Shown here piece after piece: positions 1-12,039 of a stretch of 64,000 nt of DNA. The stretch comes from Callorhinchus milii (Eukaryota): assembly GCF_018977255.1 (NCBI RefSeq), contig NW_024704743.1, positions 65,722,001-65,786,000 on the forward strand, read 5' to 3'. Below the pieces are notes generated by a model that saw only the letters and a list, made by a program, of their open reading frames with translations, had not been told where the DNA came from and did no database searches. Within the stretch, counting starts at the first letter, position 1; each line of letters starts with the position of its first letter. The position numbers were made by a program, and so were the translations under genes.

Positions 1-414
1 TGTGGCATTACGTGTACTTTGAAATGGGTACAATACAGACTGAAATCCAATGACAGACTGTACTAAACACAACAATTTACAACTCCTTGTGCTCTTTGTG
101 ATGTAACTTGCCTGTCTCACGCTCAATCAAGATTACTGTGGTCACTGAAACTCAAGAATAAAGTCAAACAAGTTATACTGGTGTTTAGAGTGATAGTGAG
201 AATTGTTACAACTGATCTCTTAACAGTCATTTACAGATGATGTTTAACATTTTAAAGTTACTTAGTTTTATGAAAAATCTATTTGCATTCATGTATTGCA
301 GGTTTTAAACTACCATTTCCTGGTCCCAAAGCCTTGTTTCTGTGGTGTACCATTCTTTGATGTGAAAAATGCGATGTTTCATAACAGATAACTATCATTG
401 AATGTTATGAAATA

Positions 415-580
415 ATTATATTAGGATCTAAAGCATTTGATTTAGTGCCTTTCACGTTCAGAGGATGTCTCTAAGTGCTTCACAGGATTCACTGTAAAAT
501 GAGGTGACTGTATTTCGTAAGCAAGCATGGCAATTAACTGTGCACAGCAATGTCCCCAACCAGCCATGAAGTGAATGAAA
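415..580 (-). mobile_element. Deu-domain SINE (family A), 3' fragment
   Basis: Reverse complement of the L2-type tail and distal Deu segment shared with full copies at 8450-8888 and 48518-48951. Confidence 0.7.
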
Positions 581-789
581 TATCATATTGTTCACCCTAA
601 TGATTTAATTATTAGTCCACAAGTTGTTATCTACAATCTAGTTTTAATGCACAGTGAAGATTTGTAGTCTTTTTCTTTGGAGAAGGAGGAATATATTTTT
701 GGAGAAAGAAATTTGAAGTTTATAAAAAAAACTTATCAAATTGATTACCACTTTGTAACCAGCCCTCATTTCACCCAGATGGAGGAAGG

Positions 790-1060
790 GATGTGATCTA
801 TTAGAAACTTCATATGATATGGATATGAGACATTAGGACTTTCTTCACTAAAGCTAAGAAAGTTACGTAGATGTCTTAAAGATTATGGAGATTACTGATA
901 AGATAAATAGCAATATATATTTTTCACTGATTGGCTGGTATGTAAACAGAGGGCACAAAGTAAAAGAACCATAAAATTAATTAGATTTTAATGTTTGTCA
1001 GATTCTCTCTCACGTGATCTGAATGGTGAAGTCTTTGAAGTCAGGTCGTGAAGCATTGGA
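790..1060 (+). mobile_element. Old CR1 LINE ORF2 3' fragment
   Basis: Decayed similarity to the CR1 end at 42290-42560 (ggactttcttcacta...gtcttaaagattatg...gggcacaaagtaaaa). Confidence 0.45.
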
Positions 1061-1169
1061 CATCTGGCTCACAGATATTAGCGTTCTTGAGACGATCCTC
1101 CTGACGTGAAAGGCACTATACAAATGTAATTTGTTGTAGTTGTTGCTGTTATTGTTATAAACTTCAATT

Positions 1170-1384
1170 GGGGATAATAATCCCTTCCAAAAAAAATGTG
1201 GTCATTCAATTTATGACCGTTTGCGGGACACTGCTGTGCCCAATTGGCTGCCTTGTTTGGCCCACAAAATATACAATCAATTCACTTTACAGTATATTCT
1301 GTGAAGTGCTTTGAGATGTTTCGAAGACATGATGAGGTCCTATATCAAATGCAAGGATTATTATTATTATTATTATTATTATTA
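1170..1384 (+). mobile_element. tRNA-SINE family B, 3' half
   Basis: gggataataatccc...gggacactgctgtgcccaattggctgcc...caattcactttacagtatattctgtgaag...atcaaatgcaagg(att)n tail. Confidence 0.85.
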
Positions 1385-2279
1385 CTGGCTTTGTGAGATC
1401 TTTGTTTATTAAATATCAGTATTCCACCTACTGGCACTCAGATGCCACGATCTGCAGCCAGCATGATGGACACCATCATTGAAAACTGTGTCAGGGTCAA
1501 CTGCACACACCTCCACATCCATTTGATGACTTAAACAAAGAATGGATCATTCAATTGCCCAGTGCTCCAGCGGTAGAACCAGAATTGATACAGAGATGAT
1601 CTGTCATCTGGACAGAAACAAATATTTCCAGGAAGCCAATCAATTTATCATCTGTTTGATGCTGCTTCTTGTTTTTCTAATTCCCCCCCTTGTTTTATTA
1701 ATCCCACTTTCCAGCTCTTTCCTCTTATCCCTTAATGTTTATTCCACCACTTTCTATAATTCCATGTGCTCTATGATTCTACCTCTGTAAGGATACACTG
1801 AACAGAATTTTTCTGCAAATCATGTTTTTAGCTTGTAGATGTGGAATAGAATTGTAGAAACTTGCAGTATAGAAAAAAGCAATTCAGCCCAGAATAACTA
1901 TTGCCTTTTAGTCAATTATTTCCCAATTTTTCGGGCTTGTAAGAAAATTAAAGTAATGATATCTGAGGTTGACATGATTGACCAGAACCCAAGTATTTAT
2001 TTAGGTTCAGAACTGTCCAGAGACCAGATTGTAGCTCACTGTATCAAGCTGCTGGTCTCTCTTATCCTTTCCCATCTGACATCAGAAAACTGAATATAAA
2101 GTTGATTTGCTATGTTATTTATACATCTGACCAGGAGAAACCAGTTGAGGAGAATTGTAGGCTGGGAACAGACCTAAGAGTAAAGGAAAGTCCTTAATTA
2201 GCAAGGGCAATGCTAAATAAGAATAAACACAAGGAATTCATTAAGGAATGCTGCAAATCTTGCCCTATGGATTTGAATA

Positions 2280-3065
2280 GGTTTGCTATTCTCCATGGAG
2301 CTTCAGATGAGACATTAAACAGAGTTCCTGTCCGCCTTTTCAGGTCGATGTTACTCGTACTTTTGAAAAAGAAAAGAGTTTCTCCCAGTGTCCTGGCCAA
2401 CAATCCCCCAAATAACATTAGTCATTCACTTCATGGCTGTTTGTGAGACAATACTGTGTGCAAATTGGCTGCTGTGTTCATCCAAAAAATAGTCATTACA
2501 CGTTCTAACATATCTTGTGAAGTGCACACTTTTGTGTTGTTTCCTCCCAAGCGAGGAGGGTATTGAAATAGTTCAGCTGGGAAGTGACAAAGGCGTGGAT
2601 GAGGGTTTCGGTTGTGAGGGTCAGACGGAGATGGCTAATAATAATAATAATAATAATAATAATATGTGATGAGGTGGAAAAAGAGGTCCTGGTTAGGGAA
2701 CGGATGTGTGTTAGAAAGGAAAACTGGGGCTAGTACCTGACGTCTAACTTACGCACAGGTTCGATGAGTCTGAGGGAGAGCCCGGGGAGGTTGAGGAGTT
2801 CAGACACGCAGGAGAGATGTTGATGGGAGCCCAAGAGTATGGCTTCCGTCTTGCCACTGTTCAGGTGCAGAAAGTATGTGCTCATCCAGGCCTTGATGTC
2901 TGTCAAACAAGCTGACAGGACCTCAATGAACTTGGAGTCTACATATCTGCACTCCTACTCACTTACAAAAATGCACACACACTACACTTTATAGTAAATC
3001 CTGTGAAACGTTTTAAGATGTCCTCACAATGTCAAACTTCAAAATCAAATGTAAGGATCACTAAC
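2280..3065 (+). mobile_element. Deu-domain SINE (family A) interrupted by an L2 fragment
   Basis: Deu core (cagatgagacattaaacagag...cccagtgtcctggccaac) at 2280-2525; tail resumes about 2960-3065. Confidence 0.65.
2540..2940 (-). mobile_element. L2 LINE ORF2 fragment
   Basis: Homologous to the L2 copies at 29137-30026 and 35858-37095 (ctcatccaggccttgatgtc, gaagtgacaaaggcgtggatgagggtttc); contains an (aat)n expansion. Confidence 0.8.
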
Positions 3066-3067
3066 AC

Positions 3068-3435
3068 TAGCAAGATCTCCTTGGAGCTCAGCTGGTTCTA
3101 GGGTGACATGTTTGGCCATGGAATATCGGAATCAAGCCCACTCTCTATGGTGGTCTTGCTAGCCCAGTTCATGAGCCAGGCAGGTCTACAGTATTCCAGG
3201 GCACTGCTGATGAAGCATGACTTAGAAGGGTCATTGGGGGCAGAGACTCTTCCCGCTCAGGTCCTGTTAACCCTACAAGCCAAAGCCCTAAAGGGTAGGG
3301 TGGTCTTAGCTGGAGAAGCAGAGGGAAAGTTTGCCAGGCAGCGCTTTCAATAACAAGCTGTGCAGTTTAGCTGGGTAGACTCCAGCAGCACCCCAAAAGA
3401 GACTCTGGGGTCCCCAAATTTTGGAAGGATGAGGT
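3068..3435 (+). mobile_element. Unclassified repeat family X, 5' part
   Basis: Reverse-complement match to 27130-27710 and 62286-62807 (ctccttggagct, ctgctgatga, ctgggtagactccagcag, ctctggggtccc). Confidence 0.75.
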
Positions 3436-3844
3436 CAAAGGTCCTTCTTCAACTGAAGAAGCTTCAGCTGGCAAGTTTCACTACAATTGCGTGGTGCGTT
3501 AAAACATTTAATAATAAAAATACTTCCATTTGCTATAGCACCTTATCATGTCGTTGCTTCAAAGGATATACTGTAAAGTGAATTGGTATATATTTTGTGG
3601 GGGAAACGCGACAGCCAGTTTTGTACTGCAATATCCTGCAAACAGCCATGGAGTTAGTGACCAACTTTATTTTGGGTGGATTGTTAGTCAGCACCCTCCA
3701 ATGTGATAAAGTGCTACATCATTTGCAAGCGTTATTATTTTTACAGTCATTCTCTTCAACTTCCAGGCCTTCACTTACAGTATTTGTTGGAAAACTTTTG
3801 CTGCAATATTTATTATATTTTAAAACAGCATTCTACTTATGTGT

Positions 3845-4170
3845 GGGTTTAGTTCTGTCAGTTGCCCATTTACCACAGGGTCATAAGATTGTCAGTTCAA
3901 GTCCCCCTCCACCCCCCGACTGAACTTGATCTTCCAGTCTAAACTACACTCCAGTGCAGTGCCTCAATGTTTAGAGTTGCTGTCCTTCGGATGCTATATT
4001 AAACCTGAGTCCCGTTCGGGTGATTGTTACGGCTCCTCAGTTCACTTTGAAAAAAAAGGGAGTTGCTCCCAGGATCCTGGGTGAAATTCCTCGAAATTAA
4101 TTAGCGTTTTAACTTATATCTGTTTATAGGACACTGCTGGTACGAAAACAGTCACAGCATTTGACAGTGA
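3845..4170 (+). mobile_element. Deu-domain SINE (family A), old copy
   Basis: Decayed tRNA head (gttcaagtccc B-box), acactccagtgcagt, Deu core (cttcggatg...ttaaacc). Confidence 0.6.
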
Positions 4171-4899
4171 TTATCTGAGCAGAGTTTTGACATGATTAGT
4201 TCTCTTTAAGCAATTTTATTCCAGCTTGTAATTTCACCTCTCCCCATTGCCCCTCCTTACCGCTTCCTAAGGAACTCATTCTTAAAACCAAACAGATGTT
4301 CTCGCATGGAGAACAAAATATCTGAGCTCTCCTTAAGATGTAAAATGAAGAGCGACAATATCATACCATCCCAGGCAACATTCCATTTCTACGCTACCTT
4401 GGTTTAACCTCTCACAGTCTAATTGTTTGAGAATATTAGGGGATGCCCAAGGGTCTGCTTTTCAGCTCTTCGATCTATTTGTTATGGTTAGAAACTGCAC
4501 ATTTTACTAATCCAGTCACCCATTCCACTGAGCTCAAGGTTCTAATGGCTGAAAATGGGGATTAAGCATCTAAATTAGACATCTGTTCCTGCAGGAAGCT
4601 GTGGAATGAACTACTGATTCACTTCAGATGTCCAACCCTGGCACTCGAGCTTTCCAGCAATGGGTTTAAGTGACTTATTCAGGCCTCTGGCAGTTTTCCT
4701 TAAGTCCCAGGACAACAGAGAGAAAATACACATTGGGAAACTCTCATGATTTATGGTTAAATGGGGACAGTAGCTTTCGTCTCAAGCAGCTGATATTTAC
4801 TCTTGAGTGCTGATGGCGAACGTCAACACCATATCCAAAAGAAATGATTCTGTTGCAAGGTTCCCATATTTTGTATTTTGAGAGAGAATTTTGACAATT

Positions 4900-5100
4900 C
4901 TCACAAGTCCCTCCGGCTTACCCTTTCCCCCTCCCCACATTAAAGTCCACCATCAGACCTCCGTTTTCAACAGTGCTTTTGGCCACCTCTCCTCAACTCA
5001 CCGCGCCCGTCAGTTTGGGCTCCAAATCAGCTGTGTGAAGTGCTTTGGGACATACTCCCCACGTGAAAGCTGATATATAAATATATAATTGGCATTTGTT
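4900..5100 (+). mobile_element. L2 LINE 3' end
   Basis: gtgcttttggccacct...tgtgaagtgctttggga...cgtgaaagc tail as in other L2 ends. Confidence 0.6.
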
Positions 5101-5113
5101 GCTGATTTCAGAA

Positions 5114-5540
5114 TGTTATGGTATATGTAATGTAGTATACAGGCCCGGGGGGACAACGACACCCAGACACAAGGATGTGGTTGTTTTATACCTCTCTTGT
5201 GTTCAGGTGGGTCTCTGGAGAAGAGACAGCTAGGAAACCAAAAGAAGCTTGCATGAGAGAAACTTGGAGCACTCGACTGAGAATGAGAAGACTCAGAGTA
5301 CTTGTCTGACAGTAAAGGTGAATCAGACTCGTGCTAGAATACCAGCCTGTAGCTGGTAAAGATCTCCTCCAGCAATGGTACAGAGCAGCTGGGAGATGAC
5401 AGTCTTTTGGAAGAGGTGTTTTAGCACATGTTCAGTTAATGTTTAATAAAGATTGTATTGTTTGTAGTGACTAGTTATTCCTATCACTATGAATCTGGAC
5501 ATTGTATTATAAAGCAGCAATATTCAATATGTTCATAACA
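5114..5540 (+). mobile_element. Probable solo LTR (Gypsy-like)
   Basis: Starts TGTTATG and ends CATAACA (7-bp inverted termini, TG...CA), 427 bp, AATAAA near 5445; no convincing TSD. Confidence 0.55.
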
Positions 5541-5631
5541 CATTGTTTTCTATATATACTATAGAGCACATACCACAGAGGCGATGGGCATATTTTGAAA
5601 GCTACACATGCTCAAATACTGCGCTACATTA

Positions 5632-6380
5632 AGCCTCCATCCTTGACACCAAGACCACTGCTGTCCTGACAGAATGTCTGTCAAACCTCAAGTCCTGGAT
5701 GAGAGCTAACTTTCTACAGTTGAATGTCAACAAGACCCAAGCTCTCCTGATTAGCTCCTGTCAGCACCTTCACATCTCAGGCGCTGACAGCATCACCACC
5801 CATGGATGCACACTCCACCTCACCGCGTCAGTCTGGAATCTTGACATCTTTTTTGACCCTCAACCATCCTTTCTACCCCACATCTGTGCCGTGACCCATT
5901 CTGCCTTCCCCCACCTCCGCAATATCGCCCGGCTCCACCACTGCCTCACCCCTCAGGCTGCTAAAACACTCATCCATGCATTCAACACATCTAGGCTCAA
6001 TTACGCCAACTCCCTACATGTTGGTCTTCTCAACTCTTCCCTCCACAAATTGTAGATCATCCAGAACTCTGCAGCTCGTCTCCTCTCCCGCACCAGGCTC
6101 CGTGACCCCATTACCCTTGCCCGCCTTCCCATCCCCCAGAGGATAGAGATCAAAATCGTCGTCCTTGCCTTTGAGGTCTTCCAAGGCCTTGCCCCCTCCT
6201 ACCTCTGCGACCTGCTGACCCCATATCAACCTGTCTGCTCCCTCCACTCAGCAGCCTCTGGCCTGCTCCATCATCAGCGGTCGGGCCTTCAGCCTTTCTG
6301 CCCCCACCCTATGGAACTCCATTCCACATTCCCTTCGCCTGATGTGAAAGGCGCTTTACAAATGTAATTTTGTATGTATT
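5632..6380 (+). mobile_element. L2 LINE, 5'-truncated (ORF2 C-terminus plus tail)
   Basis: ORF 5699-6055 MRANFLQLNVNKTQ...SRLNYANS typical of L2 ORF2; tail gtgaaaggcgctttacaaatgtaattttg. Confidence 0.9.
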
Positions 6381-7449
6381 GTACATTGTCTGTTGTGTGC
6401 TGGCCGGCATCCACCTCTGTGATTGATTGAGCCTGGAGGAGGCAATGTTGTGTGATTGAGTGCTGGAGCTGTATCAGTGGCTGCCTTTCCGTGTTCCCCA
6501 CAGAACAGCATGTTCCTTTCAAAATGAGATTTTACTTTTTTAACAACTACCTTCAATTATAAGCCTCAAGACTGCGCACAGTTGATCATGGGTCAGAACA
6601 GCCTCAGCATTTCTGCCGGGTCATGGAATCACCGGTGATTGATTAATTATTAGTATTATTGATTTGATTAACTTCTCTTTTAGCAAAATCTTTGAGCATT
6701 GATTGTTTTCTTCAGCTTTCTAAATAGGAACAGGTTTCGGTTTGGATTAATTTTTATCATCGGGAGAGGGATGGTTGAAATGTGGAAAAAAAGAACTTGC
6801 TCCCTGCTCTAATACAAACTGGAAAGGATTGTGCAGCACTGTGTTTAGAGTCCTTTTCAGTAAATGGCTGAATCCATCATAATTCAGATTCGCCAGGCTC
6901 CTTATAAAGCTCTGCACCGCAGTTATTTTCATTTTAGTGCTGAAATAACAGTGCAGCCCTGGAGAGGTTAAATCTGTTCTTACTGACGTGGCTGAGAAAC
7001 CCAAATACAGTGATTATGTAGCATTCCATGCATAATTTACAGCTAACACACTGAAAACCTTGATGAATACTTTTATTGGTAAAAAAGGAAAGGCCTCTGT
7101 GATTTATAGGCTTCCCTTGGATCTGCCATGTTGACTGTGCCTTCTGAGATGCACAGAGTGTATTTTTGCCAATCATCGAAGCTTCTGCTGCCCAGGGTTC
7201 TGCTAGCAGCCTGGCAACTGTTTAGTGAGAAGGATCCATCAATAATATAGAAGCAGACCCCAAAGGCATCACATCTATTAAAAGAAAGGAGCTGTCAGTA
7301 GATTATTTATACCTACAGTACCTTATAAACAGAGGGTGAGCAAAATGCATCAAAATAGCTGGTCACTCAGCCCATTGAGCCTTTGTAGGTACTAGACCCT
7401 CCACCAGATCTAACTGCTCCAATATCAATTCCCTCCTCATTTCCCTCCA

Positions 7450-7660
7450 ATAATAATCCCTCCAAAAAACAAAACAATAATAAATTGGTCATTTTCAACC
7501 CACGGTTGTTTGTGGGACACTGCTGTGTGCAATTGGCTGCCGCGTTTACCCACAACTATACAGTCAATTCACTTTACAGTATATTCTGTGAAGCGCTTTG
7601 GGACGTCTTGAAGACTTGAAAAGCGCTATATCAAATGCAAGGATTATTATTATTATTACT
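7450..7660 (+). mobile_element. tRNA-SINE family B, 3' half
   Basis: Same body and (att)n tail as 21661-22029. Confidence 0.85.
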
Positions 7661-8029
7661 TGCCCAATTCTCTTGATCTTAATTCCAATAACCACTTGTG
7701 GCAAAGTGCTCCAATGCTTTAATAATGTTCTGCGTAAAGACAGTTTGTGTTCATTCCCCCACCTTAACTCTTCCAGCGACAATCCTGAGTTTATACTATC
7801 TGTTAGTGAAGTCAATGCAATGCAAAGTTATCTAACCAGACCAGGGAATTTAAAACCTCCCTCCCATGCTAATACTATCTAAAATTCACGAAGAGTTATA
7901 ATGACTGGATTGTCCCATGTGGTGTAATGTTATTGGACATTTTACGCTAGTGGTAATCCGATACTCACATAAGTATTCTTGCTATGCACTCTGCATATAA
8001 GACATCCTCAAGTATTCAAAACATTCCGT

Positions 8030-8229
8030 GTGTTAACTAAAATACCAAATCAAGGCAATTATTGGGGAATAGATCTAGCTCACATAAATAAAAGATACAT
8101 TATTCCACAGAAATAATCTTAAAGTCTATACAAGGTATTTAATTTTAATCAAAATAGAGTTAAAAACTGCCTCGCAGGCCCCAAATCCCCTCACCGCATT
8201 TGTAAATTCAGAAATACCTGACGAGTGCA
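8030..8229 (+). repeat. Local ~200-bp direct duplication, copy 1 (copy 2 at 9074-9271)
   Basis: gtgttaact..aaataccaaatcaaggcaattatt...cagaaat colinear with 9074-9271. Confidence 0.9.
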
Positions 8230-8449
8230 ATGTTTCCTTTGATCTCTGATGCTATGTGTAACACAAGATACCGGAAAAGGTAAGAATAACAGTAGAGACA
8301 AACTCCTGCTGAGATCGCCAAAGGAACAATAACCTGACTTTGACCAGGGAGCTCCCATGGTATTGGCTCAATAGAGCTGCCCTCAACTGGCCATAGCCAA
8401 ATTCTCTATAAACACTTGAGACTTGAAATTCCACATAGTCTAGTAGTCC

Positions 8450-8888
8450 TTCCATTTGATATAGTGCCTTACTAGGTCGCCGAGGCATCTAAAAGCACTT
8501 CACAGGATTTTCCTGTGAAATGTAGTGACTGTATGTTTTGTAGTCAAATGCTGCAGCCAATTTGCACATTTGCACAGAGCAATGTCTCACAAAAAGCCTT
8601 GAAGTGAATGATTGATGTTATCTGAGAGATTGTTGCCAGGACACCCGGAAGCACAGTCCTTTCACTTTTCGAATAGTGCCATGGGATCTTCAACGTCCAC
8701 CTGAATAGGCAGACGGGACCTCGGCTTAACATCTCGTTCAAGGACGGTACCTCCGACAATACAGCAATCTTCCAACATTGCATTAGAGTATTGGCCTAGA
8801 CTATGAGTTCAAAGTCCCAACATGGGGCTTAAACTCCCAACCTTCTGTTTCAGAGACAAAAATGCTGTCAACTGAGCCAGGCTGACAC
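8450..8888 (-). mobile_element. Deu-domain SINE (family A), full length
   Basis: Minus strand: tRNA head gtgtcagcctggctcagttg (A-box), Deu core (gaggtaccgtcc...gttaagccgaggtcccgtctgcc...gatcccatggcactattcga), L2-type tail. Confidence 0.9.
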
Positions 8889-9073
8889 TTATTCTGAATA
8901 ATAAAGTCCTGGCCTTTAAGACAATATGATGCACCAAAATAGTGGAACAAGAGGATATAAATTTAAAGTTGCAAAGATAATTTCAGGACAGATGCCAGAA
9001 AGTTTTTCTTATCCAGATGAAATTAATGACTGGAACAGGTTACCGGGAAGAGTGATTGGGGACAGGATGCCAA

Positions 9074-9271
9074 GTGTTAACTCAAATACCAAATCAAGGC
9101 AATTATTAGGGAATAAGTCTGGCTCACATAAATAAAAGACATTATTTCACAGAAATAATCTCAAAGTCTATATAAGGTAATTATTTTTAATCAGAATAGA
9201 GTGAAAAACTACTTCGCAGGCCCTGAATTCCCTCACTGCATTTGTGAATTCAGAAATGCCTTGTGAATGCA
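9074..9271 (+). repeat. Local ~200-bp direct duplication, copy 2 (inside CR1)
   Basis: Colinear with 8030-8229. Confidence 0.9.
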
Positions 9272-9367
9272 TTTAAAAAACAGCTTGATGCGGTGCTAGG
9301 ATGATGGTAGGGTGGGTATTCTGGAAAGATGAGACCAAATGGGCCGGAGGTTGTTCTTCATCTAGAT

Positions 9368-9520
9368 CAGTGGTGGCCAACCTTTTTAGTTAGCAAACAA
9401 ATTAAACTTTCTTGAATGAATATTTCTTGATTTATGTCATAAATGCAATGGTTGGCGAGCCACTTCTTGATGCCCCTGTGGGCCACTTCCGGTCTACCAG
9501 CCATGGGTTGGCTGCCACTG
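9368..9520. mobile_element. hAT (Charlie-like) MITE
   Basis: TIRs CAGTGGTGGCCAACC / GGTTGGCTGCCACTG (13/15); flanks atctagat / atctaaac fit an 8-bp NTCTAGAN-type TSD. Confidence 0.8.
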
Positions 9521-10399
9521 ATCTAAACCAATCTTTTGATCCTGTGATCTTGACTTCAAATTTAAGTTTGTGCAGAATTGCAGAACATAATTTGATTAGG
9601 GAACCAGCTTTCCACAGTTCTTACAAAGAAGTGAAAACTGGTCACCAATTTGTGCACAGCAAGATCCCACAAACAGCCATTATGTGAAGATTTAAATGGA
9701 GGGTTTAATAGTCCTCAAAACATTCTTTACAAAATAGTTAATTAAGCCAATACTAATAGTCAATTGTAAGTGGTGACACAGATAGCTCTGGCCCATAGTT
9801 AAGCATGTACAGATTTGAAGCTTAACTGAATTCAGTTATTTAGAAAAAATATTGTATTTGTGAGAGATCACTTCTGCTCTGTGAGGAACATGGGAAGGCA
9901 GTCATTGTTATGGCCAGAACAGTCAATCAATGGCTGCAATGAGAAACAGGTGACAATAGGAAAAGAAGACCAATTTAGGAATGCTTTATCTGACTAGCAC
10001 ATACAAAAATCCATCTCTCTGTGCTTTTTAAAAGAGAAAGATTCACATTGCTGAGAACTTTAAACATCCATAGACAGTTCCAAAAACTGAATACATAATG
10101 AAAACAAAACACGACCGTGGAAAATTTGTAACCATGAGCAACAATGTATTTTGTGTTCTTTTAATTTTACTTGACGTAAGTAGATACATAAATTCAATAA
10201 CTTCTCCCGGTATTCAAGCCAACAATTGCCCCAAATTGATCATTAATTTCATGGCTGCTTGTGGGACATAATTGTATGCATATTGGTTGCCTTTTCACTT
10301 ATAAAATACATTCATTATAGTACATCCTGTGAAGTGCTTTCGGACATCCTCCCAATGTGAAATGTGCGACATCAAATGTAAGGAAAATGTAACAATATT

Positions 10400-11215
10400 C
10401 AAGCTTGATGCTGAGCTGGGGAGAAAGGAGCAAGAACGATACATTTCAGATACGGACTAATAGGAAAGTCTTCAGGTACGGTCTGAAGACTGGCAAGGCA
10501 GTGGGATTGAGACAAGGAGTTCTAAAGGATCGGGCAAAGTGACTAAAAGCATGGCTGCTGATGATGGAATACAGAGGTTGAATGATTCGTAGAGGGCTTG
10601 ACCCGGCTGAACGAATGGGGTAACTAGAGGAGTGAGATGTGAATGGTTGGAGAGAGGTGCTAAGGTATGAAGTGAATTGTAGGGGCATGTGAGGATCCTG
10701 AAATGTATCTGTTCTGTGACAAGCAGCCAGTGGAGCTTGGCAAGGAGTATAGTGATAGGGGTTTGGAGTTTGATATGGTGAGGATACAGGTGATAGAGAT
10801 TTGGATCAGTTAGTGTTTGTGAATAGCGGAAATGGGGAGACCAGCGAGAAGAGCATTGGATTAATCAAGATGGGGAGTGATGAAAGCATGGATGATGGTT
10901 TCAGCATCGATGGGTGTGAGATAAAGTTAGAGTCAGGCGATGTGGAAGAGGTGGAGGAAATGGTCCTGGTCAGGGAGCAGGTGGGGGCAGGAAAAACAGC
11001 TGGGGATTGAACCTGACGCCGAGTTTAGTGAATCTGATGCATAGGCTGGGGAGGTTAAGGAGGATGGAGCCAGAGAGGAGAAGGCATTGATGGAAGCTGA
11101 GGAGGATGGCTTCTGTTTTTTTCTATATACAGCTGCAGAAAGTTGGTGCTCATCCAGGCTTTGATGTTTGATAAGTAGGCAGTCAGAACATAGGTGAATC
11201 TGGAGTCATGACTAG
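10400..11215 (-). mobile_element. Old L2 LINE fragment
   Basis: Decayed match to other L2 copies (agccagtggagc, gagtgatgaaagcatggatgatggtttcagc, gctcatccaggctttgatg). Confidence 0.75.
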
Positions 11216-11592
11216 GTTATAACATCTCACCAAATTGGTGGCATCTGCAGCAACCCAGTGCACAGTTTGCACTCAAGTGCTCTGAGAAGCTAGCCTGCGT
11301 GAAGTCCACTATATAAATGCAAGTTGTTGTATTGGTTTATTAACCTAGACCTGGCCCGGCAGTGATTTTATCTGGCCTGAGACAATTTCCAACATTCTAA
11401 TTTCTGCTTCCTCCCTCCCTGGTGAACGTCCTCCCATGGCAATGGCAGGAGCCCAATGGGAGGATCCAGCATGGAGACTGAAAATAATGTTGGTGGTTGC
11501 TGCAGTTTGTCAGGAAGACAAACACATCTCCTTATCCACCACGTTCTTAGCAACTGCTGGCTCCTGCAGATAGTGATTACCATGTGGCTGAT

Positions 11593-11690
11593 TGGGAGAG
11601 AGAGAGGGAGGGAGGGAGGGAGGGAGAGAGAGGGGAAGAGGAGAGGTGGAAAGGTGGGGTGGGCACAGGGGGAGAGGAGAGAGAGTATTT
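11593..11690. repeat. GA-rich low-complexity tract
   Basis: (ga)n/(ggga)n purine run. Confidence 0.8.
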
Positions 11691-12039
11691 ATGTGTGAGA
11701 GAGTTAAGAAATGGCAAGACAGAGACTGTGTAATAGAATGGGGGAGAGAACATATTAATCTTCTGAAAATGACTTTTTATGATTTTGCTAAATTTTGAAC
11801 CTAAATGTGTCTATGTAGGTAATGATGAGTGATTGGCTACATATCATTTACTGGACTGGTTATGTAATTTCTGGATCAAAAATGCTTATGAGCTTTTTTT
11901 TCCACAACAGCAGATTGGAAGCTGGAATTCATTATTCAGATCACTGTAACACAACTTATGAAAGTGGACACTTTTTATGTTCGTAAAAGATGAATTGCTT
12001 CATAAGGATATGTTCATAGTGTTCGCTTACATTCCAATA

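Larger units (their letters stand above)
8920..9550 (+). mobile_element. Old CR1 3' end carrying two insertions
   Basis: TRGYKFKV...WNRLPGRVI ORF2 end and 3' UTR (aaatgggccgga...gatcctgtgatct); interrupted by 9074-9271 and 9368-9520. Confidence 0.7.
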
